A stretch of 64,000 nucleotides of DNA from Eledone cirrhosa (Eukaryota): NCBI GenBank assembly GCA_964016885.1, contig OZ024760.1, positions 9,672,001 to 9,736,000 on the forward strand. The letters run 5' to 3'. This document shows, one piece after another, positions 37,978-52,100 of this stretch; the first letter of the stretch is position 1; each line of letters opens with the position of its first letter. The notes below the pieces were generated by a model, which was not told where the DNA came from, did no database searches, and saw only the letters and a list, made by a program, of their open reading frames with translations. The position numbers and the translations under genes are program-made.

Positions 37978-39439
37978 TTGAGCACTCGATGTTTAAGTTC
38001 ACGTCAGTGGCGAGGTGTAGAGCTAGACAGAGTGTAATATAATAATACAAGGACGATTTGTTAAGCCTTTATTATGTTTAGTGATTGGTGACACGCGTTT
38101 TGCTATTGATCAGCTCAGGGTTCGATCTGTATCAATCTGGCCCGACTCTGGAATCAAAAGCTCGTTGGACCTCTACTGTTGTAATGACAGAATTGGGTCT
38201 CTTGCTGGTTGGTTTCACCCATAATAAAGATTTAAATATGATTCAGCAAATAATCATTTATTATCAAATCTTAAGATTTATTGAGCATCTTATCTTCTAT
38301 GGCTAGAGCAGCTTCCAAACCACTTTTGTCTCCCAACTGTAAATATTTTGATGATGATGATGATGATGATCAGTTCCTTCTTAAATCTTCCCAAATCATG
38401 ACTCACACAATGGGATTATTTTTATAACTTGAAGCTTTTTAAATTGATATTTTGTGTAATTCTAGAGTGAAATACAAAAACCTTATTTAGAAAATTGTAT
38501 TTAAAATTATCATGTGGAACATAAAGTTCTCATTTTATTCATAATTAATGTAGCATGCCTAATCTATCAATTTTAATGCTACTTTTTAATTAATTTAGCT
38601 CCATTATAAAACTGCAACAAATATATGTTGTTAATTAAAATACACATTATCTTAAACAATCTGTAGCAATCTTCTATTAATAGAAAATAATAGTATAACA
38701 TATGTCTTTATATATATTTTTGTCTGTAACTCTTTCAAATTGACACGCAATACATTTCCCACGGCAGACATATTGTTATAATAAGAAGTTCACTTTCCAA
38801 TCATAAAGCCCTGGGTTCTAACTCGCCATTTGTCCCTATAAATAGTTATTTCTCCAAAGGTATGTCACTTGTAGATATATGCTAAACATTTATGTAATGT
38901 CTTTATATTTCAGTTGTATAGATTTATTCTAAAAATTCAAGTGTTTTTTGTGGTTATGAAAATGGAAAAGGAAGGTAAAGGCACAGGCTCTAGGGTCACA
39001 GAAGAATGAGAAGGGTGAGGAGCTGTAGGCCTAAGGTGCAGCATCATTGGGGCTCTGCCCCTTTGACAAGACTGCAAAAGCATTCATTATGTAATTATAT
39101 CCTAGAAATAAATTATTAAAATATCATTTACGTCTTTAATCACTCCACATGTCAGTAATCAATTTAATCTATAGGGTTTCTCTTATGCAAAGCATTCATT
39201 TCTGAGTTTGTATGATTGAGCATATGTCCTGTTGTCCTGGTACATATGACATATCAATCCTAGACTCCAAAAATGAAATATGTTCAATGCTTTTGCTATC
39301 ATTATTGATGGCACAGGACCACTAGTGACAAATAATTGTTTCTACTTTTAGCACAAGGCCAGCAATTACCCAGTGCATTACTGGTACTTTATTTTATCGA
39401 CTCCCGTAACAGCTGTTATTGGTTAAATCTAGACATGCA

Positions 39440-40710
39440 GAGTTGACAGAGGGATCTCCTTGTTAAGACTAACCCCCCAGTAAAGTCTATGTTAAGTGTC
39501 TGGCAAGGAGATGCAGGGAGATTGTTGAGTCCAAGCTAGATGATGATCAGTGAGGTTTACATTAACAGGATTGACATTTGCAGCTGGGCTGGAAGTAGTA
39601 TCATGACTGGTGGGTATAAAATCAATCGGCTGGAATTTGCAGACGACATGGTGTTCATCATCATCACTCGTCGACTACTGTCGAGATGATAGATCTCACT
39701 CGCATGCCCCAGAATCCCCAGCTGCTCCACAAGGTATCTCATAAAGAGGAGGTTATTATGAATGGATCTGCCAGGGATTGCAGAGGTCTGTAACTATACA
39801 ACCAATGAGAAGTGTCAACCTCATAGTCAATACCTTGGCCAACATTTTGAGCTCTGTATTCAGTAGGGTTTACGAGCCTGAAGTTTTCTAACATGTCCTT
39901 TTTGTTTGTGACCTTCTTCATCATCATCATTCGTCGACTACTGTCGAGATGATGGATCTCACTCTCATGCCCCAGAATCCCCTGTCTCCCATCGCTGCCC
40001 CCAGGTCCTGTCTGCTGATTCCCATATCCCTAGAGATAACGTCAGGGAATGACAGCCTCCTACTCCTAGTCAGGCTGGAGTCAGGGTTCCAGAGCAAGAG
40101 AGCGGATATGATTTCATTGCTGGCACGGTGACAGTGGCCAGCAAATTGAGCTCTCCGGGATTTTAGAAGGGCAGAGGCTCGAGGGAGTTTGCCATAGATT
40201 TTTGGAAAGATGATGGATTTCACAACTAACTGCACATGGTGTTACTTAACTCGACAGAAGATGATTTTCAACTTACACTTGATGGGTTTGATGCCAAGTG
40301 CTGCATGTCTGAAATGAAAATCAGAGCTACGAAAACTGAGACATTTGTCCTCTCAAGGAAGCCTGTGCAGTTCACTCTACATGTGAATGGAGTTCCACTG
40401 AAGCAGATGGAGAAGTTCAAGTATCTCAGAGCCAAGTTCATGAGTGATGGAAGGCAGGGGGCTGAATTAAGTGGAAGAATTGTGCCAGCTTCAGCATTCA
40501 CTAATCAGAAGAAGGGAGGTAGGCATAAAAGACAATCTTTAATTCGGTTTTTGTTCCAACCCTTACCCACAGTCAAGAATCTTGGGTAATGAATGAAAGA
40601 ATACAATTCCGAATACAAGCAGCCAAAATGGGGTTCCTCTGAAGTGTCTTTGGAGTAAAGTTACTCAATAAAGTGCGTAACTCGGAGATCAGAGAGTCAT
40701 TCCAGGTAGA
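39440..40710 (+). mobile_element. Decayed RTE LINE RT region split by the 39656-40233 insertion
   Basis: EFADDMV at 39633-39653 continues as LLNSTEDDFQ..MKIRATKTE..EKFKYL after 40243. Confidence 0.8.
39656..40233 (-). mobile_element. Chimeric RTE retro-insertion with a 10-bp TSD
   Basis: ACATGGTGTT at 39646-39655 and 40234-40243; contains two RTE 3' ends with (GAT)n and an inverted copy of about 53620-54112. Confidence 0.8.
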
Positions 40711-40753
40711 AAAACAAGATGGCGAGGCACAAAAACAAAGAAAAGAATCCCCA

Positions 40754-40796
40754 GTCACTGAAGAAGTCACAGAATGTGTGACGAAATAACTTTGAC
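40754..40796 (+). ncRNA. Minimal hammerhead-like motif
   Basis: GTCA-CTGAAGA-A-GTCAC(AGAATGT)GTGAC-GAAA-TAAC-TT-TGAC; stems I and II pair, stem III weak. Confidence 0.45.
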
Positions 40797-41054
40797 AATA
40801 TATGAACAACCGTCCGGTTATGGAACCAACCAACCAACCGGAAATTTATAAATTCTTAAATTTATAAATTTAATTTATAATAAATTGGATTGAAAGCAAC
40901 TGGTGCGTGTGTTTCTTATTGGCAACATGACCCTCCCAAAGTATAACAATATCGGTTTCAACACACGTTTTCAGATAAAGAATCTTGCTAAACAAATTCA
41001 GAAACGAAATATATATATATATAGATAGATAGATAGATAGATATAGATAGATAG

Positions 41055-41375
41055 ATTTCTTTATTAGCCACAAGGGCGCAACAAGAAAAGGGGACAATAC
41101 AAAGACATGCTGGGGATTTTACATACAGTCGTGTAAAAAATATAAAAACAAACAATTTCAACAATCGAAATCCCCAATAGAGGGGAGGCGCCACAAATGG
41201 GTTGTTTAATACCCCGTCAATAGAACAACCCTCAACTCCAGGAGCATGTTGTGCAAGTGCTCCTTTCTTCCTTTTACTCTCTTCCTCAACCTACAGGCTT
41301 ATAAACAGACAAGGCCCAATCACTCGGGCCATTTTCACTTCATTCACCCACCTTTCAGTAAATTTACTGGGGTGC
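41055..41375 (-). mobile_element. L1/Tx1-type LINE 3' end in (TATC)n
   Basis: Reverse-complement homologue of 6655-6985. Confidence 0.8.
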
Positions 41376-41849
41376 AGTGCCTCTCTCTCTCCACCCTGAT
41401 TCTCCTTCTAAAGTGATACTTAAAGAAGGGAATCAATTGTTGTCCAGAGAGAAAGGCATCTGTCCTCAGCCCTCTCAACCTCGTCCACCATATAACTTCT
41501 TTCACCATAGCCACCGTACAGAGGACAACCGCCTCTCTTTCGTTTTTGAAAGAGTCTGGCAGACAGATAGATAGATAACTTTCTTTTTATTTGCCACCAG
41601 GGCATCAAAGAGTGGGATAGATAGATAGATAGATAGATAGACAGACAGATAGAAAGAGAGAAATAGATAGATAGGCAGATAGATATTATATCAAGTGTAT
41701 TTCAATCAAATATATCTGGTTTGTTGTAAGGGATTTTCTCTGAATCCAAATATAGATTAGAAGAAATCCTCGCTGAACAAGTTTCTCTGATATATGTTCC
41801 AATAGGATTAACTTAGTTTCACAAAAAAAAAACATTGATTTTTCAGCCA

Positions 41850-42885
41850 ACTTCACCATCACCATGACCACCGACACCGCCACAACCACCACCATCAGCA
41901 ACACATCACTACCACCACCACCACGACCACCAACACCACCACAACCACCACCACCACGACCACCAACACCACCACAACCACCACCAACACCACGACCACC
42001 AACACCACCACAACCAACACCACCACGACCACCAACACCACCACAACCACCACCAACACCACGACCACCAACACCACCACAACCACCACCAACACCACCA
42101 CGACCACCAACACCACCACAACCACCACCAACACCACGACCACCAACACCACCACAACCACCACCATCACCACGACCACCAACACCACCACAACCACCAC
42201 CAACACCACCACGACCACCAACACCACCACAACCACCACCAACACCACGACCACCAACACCACCACAACCACCACCAACACCACCACGACCACCAACACC
42301 ACCACAACCACCACCAACACCACGACCACCAACACCACCACAACCACCACCATCACCACGACCACCAACACCACCACAACCACCACCATCAGCAACACAT
42401 CTCTACCACCATCACCACGACCACCAACATCGCCACAACCACCACCACCACCACCACCACCACAACCAACACCACCACAACCACCACCAACACCACCACC
42501 ACGGCCACCACCATAAGCAACACATCTCCTATTAAAATAGAGATGAACAAATCACTGTCGGCCATGTTGCTGTGTACACGAAGGCAACAATGTCAACTTG
42601 GCTAATATATCAGTGTGTCTGTACCACCATCACCACCACCATCATCATCACCACCACCACCACCACCATCACCACCATCATCATCACCACCACCACCACC
42701 ACCATCATCATCATCATTATCACCATCATCACATATATCTTCACGATCATCATCATCGTCATCATCATCACCATCTTCTTCACTTTCATCATCATTGTCA
42801 TCAACACAACCATCACCACCACCACCACCACCACCATCACCACCACCACCATTATCACAACCATCATCACCACCACCATTATTTA
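41850..42885. repeat. (CCA/ACA/CGA)n and (CAC/CAT)n triplet arrays
   Basis: Direct observation. Confidence 0.9.
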
Positions 42886-43750
42886 ATGCCCACTTTCCCA
42901 CGCTAGCATGGGTCAGGCGGGTTGTCCCATTTGAGGCAAGTTGGGTCAGGTGACCATGTCTTGCTCATACAGAACTGTTCTTGGCTAGGTTTCTACAGCT
43001 GGATGCCCTTCCTAAAGCCAACGACATTCACAGTGTGTGCTGGGTACTTTTTGTTGTGATACCTACATGACCACTTTATAGTGTGTGCTGGGTACTTTTT
43101 GTTGTGATACCTACATGACCACTTTATAGTGTGTGCTGGGAACTTTTTGTTGTGATACCAACATGACCACTTTATAGTGTGTGCTGGGTACTTTTTGTTG
43201 TGATACCAACATGACCACTTTAAAGTGTGTGCTGGGTACTTTTTGTTGTGATACCAACATGACCACTTTAAAGTGTGTGCTGGGTACTTTTTGTTGTGAT
43301 ACCTACATGACCACTTTATAGTGTGTGCTGGGCACTTTTTGTTGTGATACCAACATGACCACTTTATAGTGTGTGCTGGGCACTTTTTGTTGTGATACCA
43401 ACATGACCACTTTATAGTGTGTGCTGGGTACTTTTTGTTGTGATACCAACATGACCACTTTAAAGTGTGTGCTGGGTACTTTTTGTTGTGATACCAACAT
43501 GACCACTTTATAGTGTGTGCTGGGCACTTTTTGTTGTGATACCAACATGACCACTTTATAGTGTGTGCTGGGAACTTTTTGTTGTGATACCAACATGACC
43601 ACTTTATAGTGTGGGCTGGGCACTTTTTATCGTGAAACCTGCACAACCATTTTACATTGTGCTGAGTGCTTTTTGTTGTGACACCTACACAACCACTTTA
43701 CAGTGAAGCCTGGGTACTTTTTGTCGTAATACCAACATGACAAATTTACA
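42885..43750 (-). mobile_element. SINE tail with a 48-bp internal VNTR, about 15 units (43030-43745)
   Basis: TTTCTACAGCTGGATGCCCTTCCTAA tail motif, then unit AGTGTGTGCTGGGTACTTTTTGTTGTGATACCAACATGACCACTTTAT. Confidence 0.8.
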
Positions 43751-44299
43751 GTGCCTACTGACTGTAGGTTTCACTTTGTACTTAGGCAAGGCAGGTCTTC
43801 TGTATTACTGCGTAGCGCCAAATACTGATAGTTCGTATAACTGCTATCCAACTTATTTTGCTGAAAAATTGATAAACCAGTATCTTCGGAGCTGGTTAGT
43901 TTTGAGGCTAAACCTGTGTTTGTTTTCCAAACACGACCCGCAATTATTTTCAAAAATAAGATGGCAGGCAAGAATCTTGCTCACACAAGACAGCCAAAGT
44001 TTAAAAAAAAAAAATAAAAAAACGTTTGCAGCAGCAACAACAACAAAAACAACTCTGCATGGGAAAATTATGGAGTGAACTTCCTGCAGCTAACAGATTC
44101 AACACCACCGTCACCATCTTAAAAACAACAACAACAACATCGCCACCAATATCATCATCATTGCAACAACAACAACAACAATAACAACAACAATAACAAC
44201 AGCAACAACATGAACAACAACAACAACAACGATAACAACAACAACACGAACAACAATAATAACAACAATAACAACAACAACAACGATAACAACAACAAC

Positions 44300-44656
44300 A
44301 ACGTGTAAAAAAAAAAAAACAGGGGATGTAACAAAAAAGAAATGAAAAATTCCCCAATAGGGGGGAGACTTCCGAGGGACATTCGTGGAGAAAGCCCATA
44401 TTAAAAAAGCCATGGTGACACTGACCACCAGGGCAAGTGTCCTCTCCCAGTTTTCCACCTTGAATTTACAGGCGCATACTCAGAGTAAGCCCATTCAATA
44501 ATAATAATAATAATAATAATGATTTCATTTATTAGCCACAAGGGCTGACATGTAGGGGACAATACAAAGACAGGGACAGTGGGGGTTTACAATAAGGTCG
44601 AGTAAAAGTGCACAATGGCAAGACTAATTTAACAATGAAAATATAAAAATATAAAA

Positions 44657-44660
<4 letters not shown>
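44300..44660 (-). mobile_element. Two L1/Tx1-type 3'-end fragments
   Basis: 44520-44658 is the reverse complement of about 35525-35660; 44300-44495 carries the CCCCCTATTGGGGAATT motif. Confidence 0.65.
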
Positions 44661-44687
<27 letters not shown>

Positions 44688-45454
44688 AAGAAGAAGAAGA
44701 AGAAGAAGAAGAAGAATTTGCCCGAGAAGAAAATTGCCCAGGAAGTAACTTTCCATAGATCCTGCGCAGTATAATGAATCTGAAACATTTAATGTATATT
44801 TAAAACTTCGATACTCAATTGTGTGATGAAATATTAAATGATGACCTCTACACTGATCTATTGACTACACTCTGATCTATTGATTATTATACATAAGTGG
44901 ATACTTATGCTGCACAACTTAAATTACACTAAACTTTACATCAGCATCCCAATATAAACAATCTTATCTAAATTAGACTGATTGTTTTCTTTGCTTGATT
45001 GCTATCCGTAGTTAACGAGTTCTTCAAAATATCCTATGTCTAAATTTACCAAACTCAATTCGCCAATTACCATCATATCTATTGTTTTCAATCAGTTACT
45101 TCCTGCTTTCTCTAACAAGCCTTTTCTCTCTCATACGTGACACTCTTCACTTTCAATATAAACAAATGTAAATCGATTTCTTTTTTCTTCTTTATTTGAA
45201 TCATCCTTTTACATTCTACATTTCCTTCAGTGAAGCAAAACATTGAAAGAAGAAACAACTTGCAGTCAGAGATAATCTTTCATGATAATCACGCAATCTT
45301 TACAAAGCCAAGAAGCTGTGTCAGAAATGTTGATTCTTTTTAAAACTAATAAATACTTTTATCTCCAAATACAACTGCTGGCTCTCCATACATAATAAAT
45401 GTACTTTATACTAAACTATTGATCACATGTGTGGAGCTGGTGAAACTAGCTATG

Positions 45455-45745
45455 ACCCTTTTGTATTATTCCTGGTCCCTTTTGTATTATTCCTGGTCCC
45501 TTTTGTATTACTCCTGGTTACTGGAAACTGAACGTGTCCTTCCCAGCAGGGAAACAATTCCTAGACTGGATTAGTGATCTAATTAGATAGAAACTGATGT
45601 GGTCAACACTGGATTAGTGATCTAATTAGATAGAAACTGATGTGGTCAACACTGGATTAGTGATCTAATTAGATAGAAACTGATGTGGTCAACACTGGAT
45701 TAGATAGGAACTGATGTGGTCAACACTGGATTAGATAGGAACTGT
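45455..45745. repeat. Short 21-bp (x3) and 43-bp (x3 plus truncated) tandem repeats
   Basis: CCCTTTTGTATTATTCCTGGT; ACTGGATTAGTGATCTAATTAGATAGAAACTGATGTGGTCAAC. Confidence 0.85.
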
Positions 45746-46165
45746 TGTGGCTGTTCACAAACAACAGGTTGTAGGTTTCATTAAAGAGAATAAGTAGAAT
45801 AGTATGAGTGATGTTCAGCAAAGAGTTAGAAAACTGCAGAGTAGAGAAAGAAGTAGTTAGTGATTTAGAAGAAGTGTATAGGAGTGGCATGACAACTGAT
45901 GTGTTAGCATCAAGAATAGCCCTCTACCATTTCTTCAACATGAAACATAAAGGTTGTGTTGTCCAGGTTAGGGCATTCGCAATAAAGGATGAAGCTTCAA
46001 GAGCAGTTCAATGGGCCCAGGTAGCAGAAGCACAATGTGAAAACAAAGCCTCAATTTGATCTCTAACGGACCACAGGGAGGATGTGACTCTAGTAGATGT
46101 GTGCGATTTCTAGCAGTACATTTTGTGAGAACCTATGATCTGGAGATGAGAGACTTCAGCTCCTA

Positions 46166-49100
46166 TCTCAACAGCCTGCCTTGACTCTCAAGCAGGGAGG
46201 CTGAGTGTCTCAACAGCCTGCCTTGACTCTCAACCAGGGAGGCTGAGTGTCTCAACAGCCTGCCTTGACTCTCAACCAGGGAGGCTGAGTGTCTCAACAG
46301 CCTACCTTGACTCTCAACCAGGGAGACTGAGTGTCTCAACAGCCTGCCTTGACTCTCAACCAGGGAGGCTGAGTGTCTCAACAGCCTACCTTGACTCTCA
46401 ACCAGGGAGGCTGAGTGTCTCAACAGCCTGCCTTGACTCTCAACCAGGGAGACTGAGTGTCTCAACAGCCTACCTTGACTCTCAACCAGGGAGACTGAGT
46501 GTCTCAACAGCCTACCTTGACTCTCAACCAGGGAGGCTGAGTGTCTCAACAGCCTGCCTTGACTCTCAACCAGGGAGGCTGAGTGTCTCAACAGCCTACC
46601 TTGACTCTCAACCAGGGAGGCTGAGTGTCTCAACAGCCTACCTTGACTCTCAACCAGGGAGGCTGAGTGTCTCAACAGCCTACCTTGACTCTCAACCAGG
46701 GAGGCTGAGTGTCTCAACAGCCTACCTTGACTCTCAACCAGGGAGGCTGAGTGTCTCAACAGCCTGCCTTGACTCTCAACCAGGGAGACTGAGTGTCTCA
46801 ACAGCCTACCTTGACTCTCAACCAGGGAGACTGAGTGTCTCAACAGCCTGCCTTGACTCTCAACCAGGGAGGCTGAGTGTCTCAACAGCCTACCTTGACT
46901 CTCAACCAGGGAGGCTGAGTGTCTCAACAGCCTGCCTTGACTCTCAACCAGGGAGGCTGAGTGTCTCAACAGCCTGCCTTGACTCTGAACCAGAGAGGCT
47001 GAGTGTCTCAACAGCCTGCCTTGACTCTCAACCAGGGAGGCTGAGTGTCTCAACAGCCTGCCTTGACTCTCAACCAGGGAGGCTGAGTGTCTCAACAGCC
47101 TGCCTTGACTCTGAACCAGAGAGGCTGAGTGTCTCAACAGCCTACCTTGACTCTCAACCAGGGAGGCTGAGTGTCTCAACAGCCTGCCTTGACTCTCAAC
47201 CAGGGAGGCTGAGTGTCTCAACAGCCTGCCTTGACTCTCAACCAGGGAGGCTGAGTGTCTCAACAGCCTACCTTGACTCTCAACCAGGGAGGCTGAGTGT
47301 CTCAACAGCCTGCCTTGACTCTCAACCAGGGAGGCTGAGTGTCTCAACAGCCTGCCTTGACTCTCAACCAGGGAGGCTGAGTGTCTCAACAGCCTGCCTT
47401 GACTCTGAACCAGAGAGGCTGAGTGTCTCAACAGCCTGCCTTGACTCTGAACCAGAGAGGCTGAGTGTCTCAACAGCCTGCCTTGACTCTCAACCAGGGA
47501 GGCTGAGTGTCTCAACAGCCTACCTTGACTCTCAACCAGGGAGGCTGAGTGTCTCAACAGCCTGCCTTGACTCTGAACCAGAGAGGCTGAGTGTCTCAAC
47601 AGCCTGCCTTGACTCTCAACCAGGGAGGCTGAGTGTCTCAACAGCCTGCCTTGACTCTCAACCAGGGAGGCTGAGTGTCTCAACAGCCTACCTTGACTCT
47701 CAACCAGGGAGGCTGAGTGTCTCAACAGCCTGCCTTGACTCTCAACCAGGGAGGCTGAGTGTCTCAACAGCCTGCCTTGACTCTCAACCAGGGAGGCTGA
47801 GTGTCTCAACAGCCTACCTTGACTCTCAACCAGGGAGGCTGAGTGTCTCAACAGCCTGCCTTGACTCTGAACCAGAGAGGCTGAGTGTCTCAACAGCCTG
47901 CCTTGACTCTCAACCAGGGAGGCTGAGTGTCTCAACAGCCTGCCTTGACTCTGAACCAGAGAGGCTGAGTGTCTCAACAGCCTGCCTTGACTCTCAACCA
48001 GGGAGGCTGAGTGTCTCAACAGCCTGCCTTGACTCTCAACCAGGGAGGCTGAGTGTCTCAACAGCCTACCTTGACTCTCAACCAGGGAGGCTGAGTGTCT
48101 CAACAGCCTGCCTTGACTCTCAACCAGGGAGGCTGAGTGTCTCAACAGCCTACCTTGACTCTCAACCAGGGAGGCTGAGTGTCTCAACAGCCTGCCTTGA
48201 CTCTCAACCAGGGAGGCTGAGTGTCTCAACAGCCTGCCTTGACTCTCAACCAGGGAGGCTGAGTGTCTCAACAGCCTACCTTGACTCTCAACCAGGGAGG
48301 CTGAGTGTCTCAACAGCCTGCCTTGACTCTGAACCAGAGAGGCTGAGTGTCTCAACAGCCTGCCTTGACTCTCAACCAGGGAGGCTGAGTGTCTCAACAG
48401 CCTACCTTGACTCTCAACCAGGGAGGCTGAGTGTCTCAACAGCCTGCCTTGACTCTCAACCAGGGAGGCTGAGTGTCTCAACAGCCTACCTTGACTCTCA
48501 ACCAGGGAGGCTGAGTGTCTCAACAGCCTGCCTTGACTCTGAACCAGAGAGGCTGAGTGTCTCAACAGCCTGCCTTGACTCTCAACCAGGGAGGCTGAGT
48601 GTCTCAACAGCCTGCCTTGACTCTCAACCAGGGAGACTGAGTGTCTCAACAGCCTACCTTGACTCTCAACCAGGGAGGCTGAGTGTCTCAACAGCCTGCC
48701 TTGACTCTGAACCAGAGAGGCTGAGTGTCTCAACAGCCTGCCTTGACTCTCAACCAGGGAGGCTGAGTGTCTCAACAGCCTGCCTTGACTCTGAACCAGA
48801 GAGGCTGAGTGTCTCAACAGCCTACCTTGACTCTCAACCAGGGAGGCTGAGTGTCTCAACAGCCTGCCTTGACTCTCAACCAGGGAGGCTGAGTGTCTCA
48901 ACAGCCTACCTTGACTCTCAACCAGGGAGGCTGAGTGTCTCAACAGCCTGCCTTGACTCTCAACCAGGGAGGCTGAGTGTCTCAACAGCCTGCCTTGACT
49001 CTCAACCAGGGAGGCTGAGTGTCGCAACAGCCTACCTTGACTCTCAACCAGGGAGGCTGAGTGTCTCAACAGCCTGCCTTGACTCTCAACCAGGGAGGCT

Positions 49101-52100
49101 GAGTGTCTCAACAGCCTGCCTTGACTCTCAACCAGGGAGACTGAGTGTCTCAACAGCCTACCTTGACTCTCAACCAGGGAGGCTGAGTGTCTCAACAGCC
49201 TGCCTTGACTCTGAACCAGAGAGGCTGAGTGTCTCAACAGCCTGCCTTGACTCTCAACCAGGGAGGCTGAGTGTCGCAACAGCCTACCTTGACTCTCAAC
49301 CAGGGAGGCTGAGTGTCTCAACAGCCTGCCTTGACTCTCAACCAGGGAGGCTGAGTGTCTCAACAGCCTGCCTTGACTCTCAACCAGGGAGACTGAGTGT
49401 CTCAACAGCCTACCTTGACTCTCAACCAGGGAGGCTGAGTGTCTCAACAGCCTGCCTTGACTCTGAACCAGAGAGGCTGAGTGTCTCAACAGCCTGCCTT
49501 GACTCTCAACCAGGGAGGCTGAGTGTCTCAACAGCCTGCCTTGACTCTCAACCAGGGAGGCTGAGTGTCTCAACAGCCTACCTTGACTCTCAACCAGGGA
49601 GGCTGAGTGTCTCAACAGCCTGCCTTGACTCTCAACCAGGGAGGCTGAGTGTCTCAACAGCCTGCCTTGACTCTCAACCAGGGAGGCTGAGTGTCTCAAC
49701 AGCCTACCTTGACTCTCAACCAGGGAGGCTGAGTGTCTCAACAGCCTGCCTTGACTCTGAACCAGAGAGGCTGAGTGTCTCAACAGCCTGCCTTGACTCT
49801 CAACCAGGGAGGCTGAGTGTCTCAACAGCCTGCCTTGACTCTGAACCAGAGAGGCTGAGTGTCTCAACAGCCTGCCTTGACTCTCAACCAGGGAGGCTGA
49901 GTGTCTCAACAGCCTGCCTTGACTCTCAACCAGGGAGGCTGAGTGTCTCACCAACCTGCCTTGACTCTCAACCAGGGAGGCTGAGTGTCTCAACAGCCTG
50001 CCTTGACTCTCAACCAGGGAGGCTGAGTGTCTCAACAGCCTACCTTGACTCTCAACCAGGGAGGCTGAGTGTCTCAACAGCCTGCCTTGACTCTGAACCA
50101 GAGAGGCTGAGTGTCTCAACAGCCTACCTTGACTCTCAACCAGGGAGGCTGAGTGTCTCAACAGCCTGCCTTGACTCTCAACCAGGGAGGCTGAGTGTCT
50201 CAACAGCCTGCCTTGACTCTCAACCAGGGAGGCTGAGTGTCTCACCAACCTGCCTTGACTCTCAACCAGGGAGGCTGAGTGTCTCAACAGCCTGCCTTGA
50301 CTCTCAACCAGGGAGGCTGAGTGTCTCAACAGCCTGCCTTGACTCTGAACCAGAGAGGCTGAGTGTCTCAACAGCCTGCCTTGACTCTCAACCAGGGAGG
50401 CTGAGTGTCTCAACAGCCTGCCTTGACTCTCAACCAGGGAGGCTGAGTGTCTCAACAGCCTGCCTTGACTCTGAACCAGAGAGGCTGAGTGTCTCAACAG
50501 CCTGCCTTGACTCTCAACCAGGGAGGCTGAGTGTCTCAACAGCCTGCCTTGACTCTGAACCAGAGAGGCTGAGTGTCTCAACAGCCTGCCTTGACTCTGA
50601 ACCAGAGAGGCTGAGTGTCTCAACAGCCTGCCTTGACTCTCAACCAGGGAGGCTGAGTGTCTCAACAGCCTGCCTTGACTCTCAACCAGGGAGGCTGAGT
50701 GTCTCACCAACCTGCCTTGACTCTCAACCAGGGAGGCTGAGTGTCTCAACAGCCTGCCTTGACTCTCAACCAGGGAGGCTGAGTGTCTCAACAGCCTGCC
50801 TTGACTCTCAACCAGGGAGGCTGAGTGTCTCAACAGCCTGCCTTGACTCTCAACCAGGGAGGCTGAGTGTCTCAACAGCCTGCCTTGACTCTGAACCAGA
50901 GAGGCTGAGTGTCTCAACAGCCTGCCTTGACTCTGAACCAGAGAGGCTGAGTGTCTCAACAGCCTGCCTTGACTCTCAACCAGGGAGGCTGAGTGTCTCA
51001 ACAGCCTGCCTTGACTCTCAACCAGGGAGGCTGAGTGTCTCAACAGCCTGCCTTGACTCTGAACCAGAGAGGCTGAGTGTCTCAACAGCCTGCCTTGACT
51101 CTGAACCAGAGAGGCTGAGTGTCTCAACAGCCTGCCTTGACTCTGAACCAGAGAGGTTGAGTGTCTCAACAGCCTGCCTTGACTCTCAACCAGGGAGGCT
51201 GAGTGTCTCAACAGCCTACCTTGACTCTCAACCAGGGAGGCTGAGTGTCTCAACAGCCTACCTTGACTCTCAACCAGGGAGGCTGAGTGTCTCAACAGCC
51301 TGCCTTGACTCTCAACCAGGGAGGCTGAGTGTCTCAACAACCTACCTTGACTCTCAACCAGGGAGGCTGAGTGTCTCAACAGCCTGCCTTGACTCTGAAC
51401 CAGAGAGGCTGAGTGTCTCAACAGCCTGCCTTGACTCTCAACCAGGGAGGCTGAGTGTCTCAACAGCCTACCTTGACTCTCAACCAGGGAGGCTGAGTGT
51501 CTCAACAGCCTACCTTGACTCTCAACCAGGGAGGCTGAGTGTCTCAACAGCCTACCTTGACTCTCAACCAGGGAGGCTGAGTGTCTCAACAGCCTACCTT
51601 GACTCTCAACCAGGGAGGCTGAGTGTCTCAACAGCCTGCCTTGACTCTGAACCAGAGAGGCTGAGTGTCTCAACAGCCTGCCTTGACTCTCAACCAGGGA
51701 GGCTGAGTGTCTCAACAGCCTGCCTTGACTCTCAACCAGGGAGGCTGAGTGTCTCAACAGCCTGCCTTGACTCTGAACCAGGGAGGCTGAGTGTCTCAAC
51801 AACCTACCTTGACTCTCAACCAGGGAGGCTGAGTGTCTCAACAGCCTGCCTTGACTCTGAACCAGAGAGGCTGAGTGTCTCAACAGCCTGCCTTGACTCT
51901 CAACCAGGGAGGCTGAGTGTCTCAACAGCCTACCTTGACTCTCAACCAGGGAGGCTGAGTGTCTCAACAGCCTGCCTTGACTCTGAACCAGAGAGGCTGA
52001 GTGTCTCAACAGCCTGCCTTGACTCTCAACCAGGGAGGCTGAGTGTCTCAACAGCCTACCTTGACTCTCAACCAGGGAGGCTGAGTGTCTCAACAGCCTA

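Noticed and set aside
38085-38125. Minus-strand CTGAG..AGC-AAAA-CGCG-TG hammerhead-like trace
   Set aside because: Both core boxes and the cleavage site are mutated; too degenerate to support.
41864-42953. Proline-rich/extensin-like or poly-His ORFs
   Set aside because: Triplet microsatellite translations, open in many frames.
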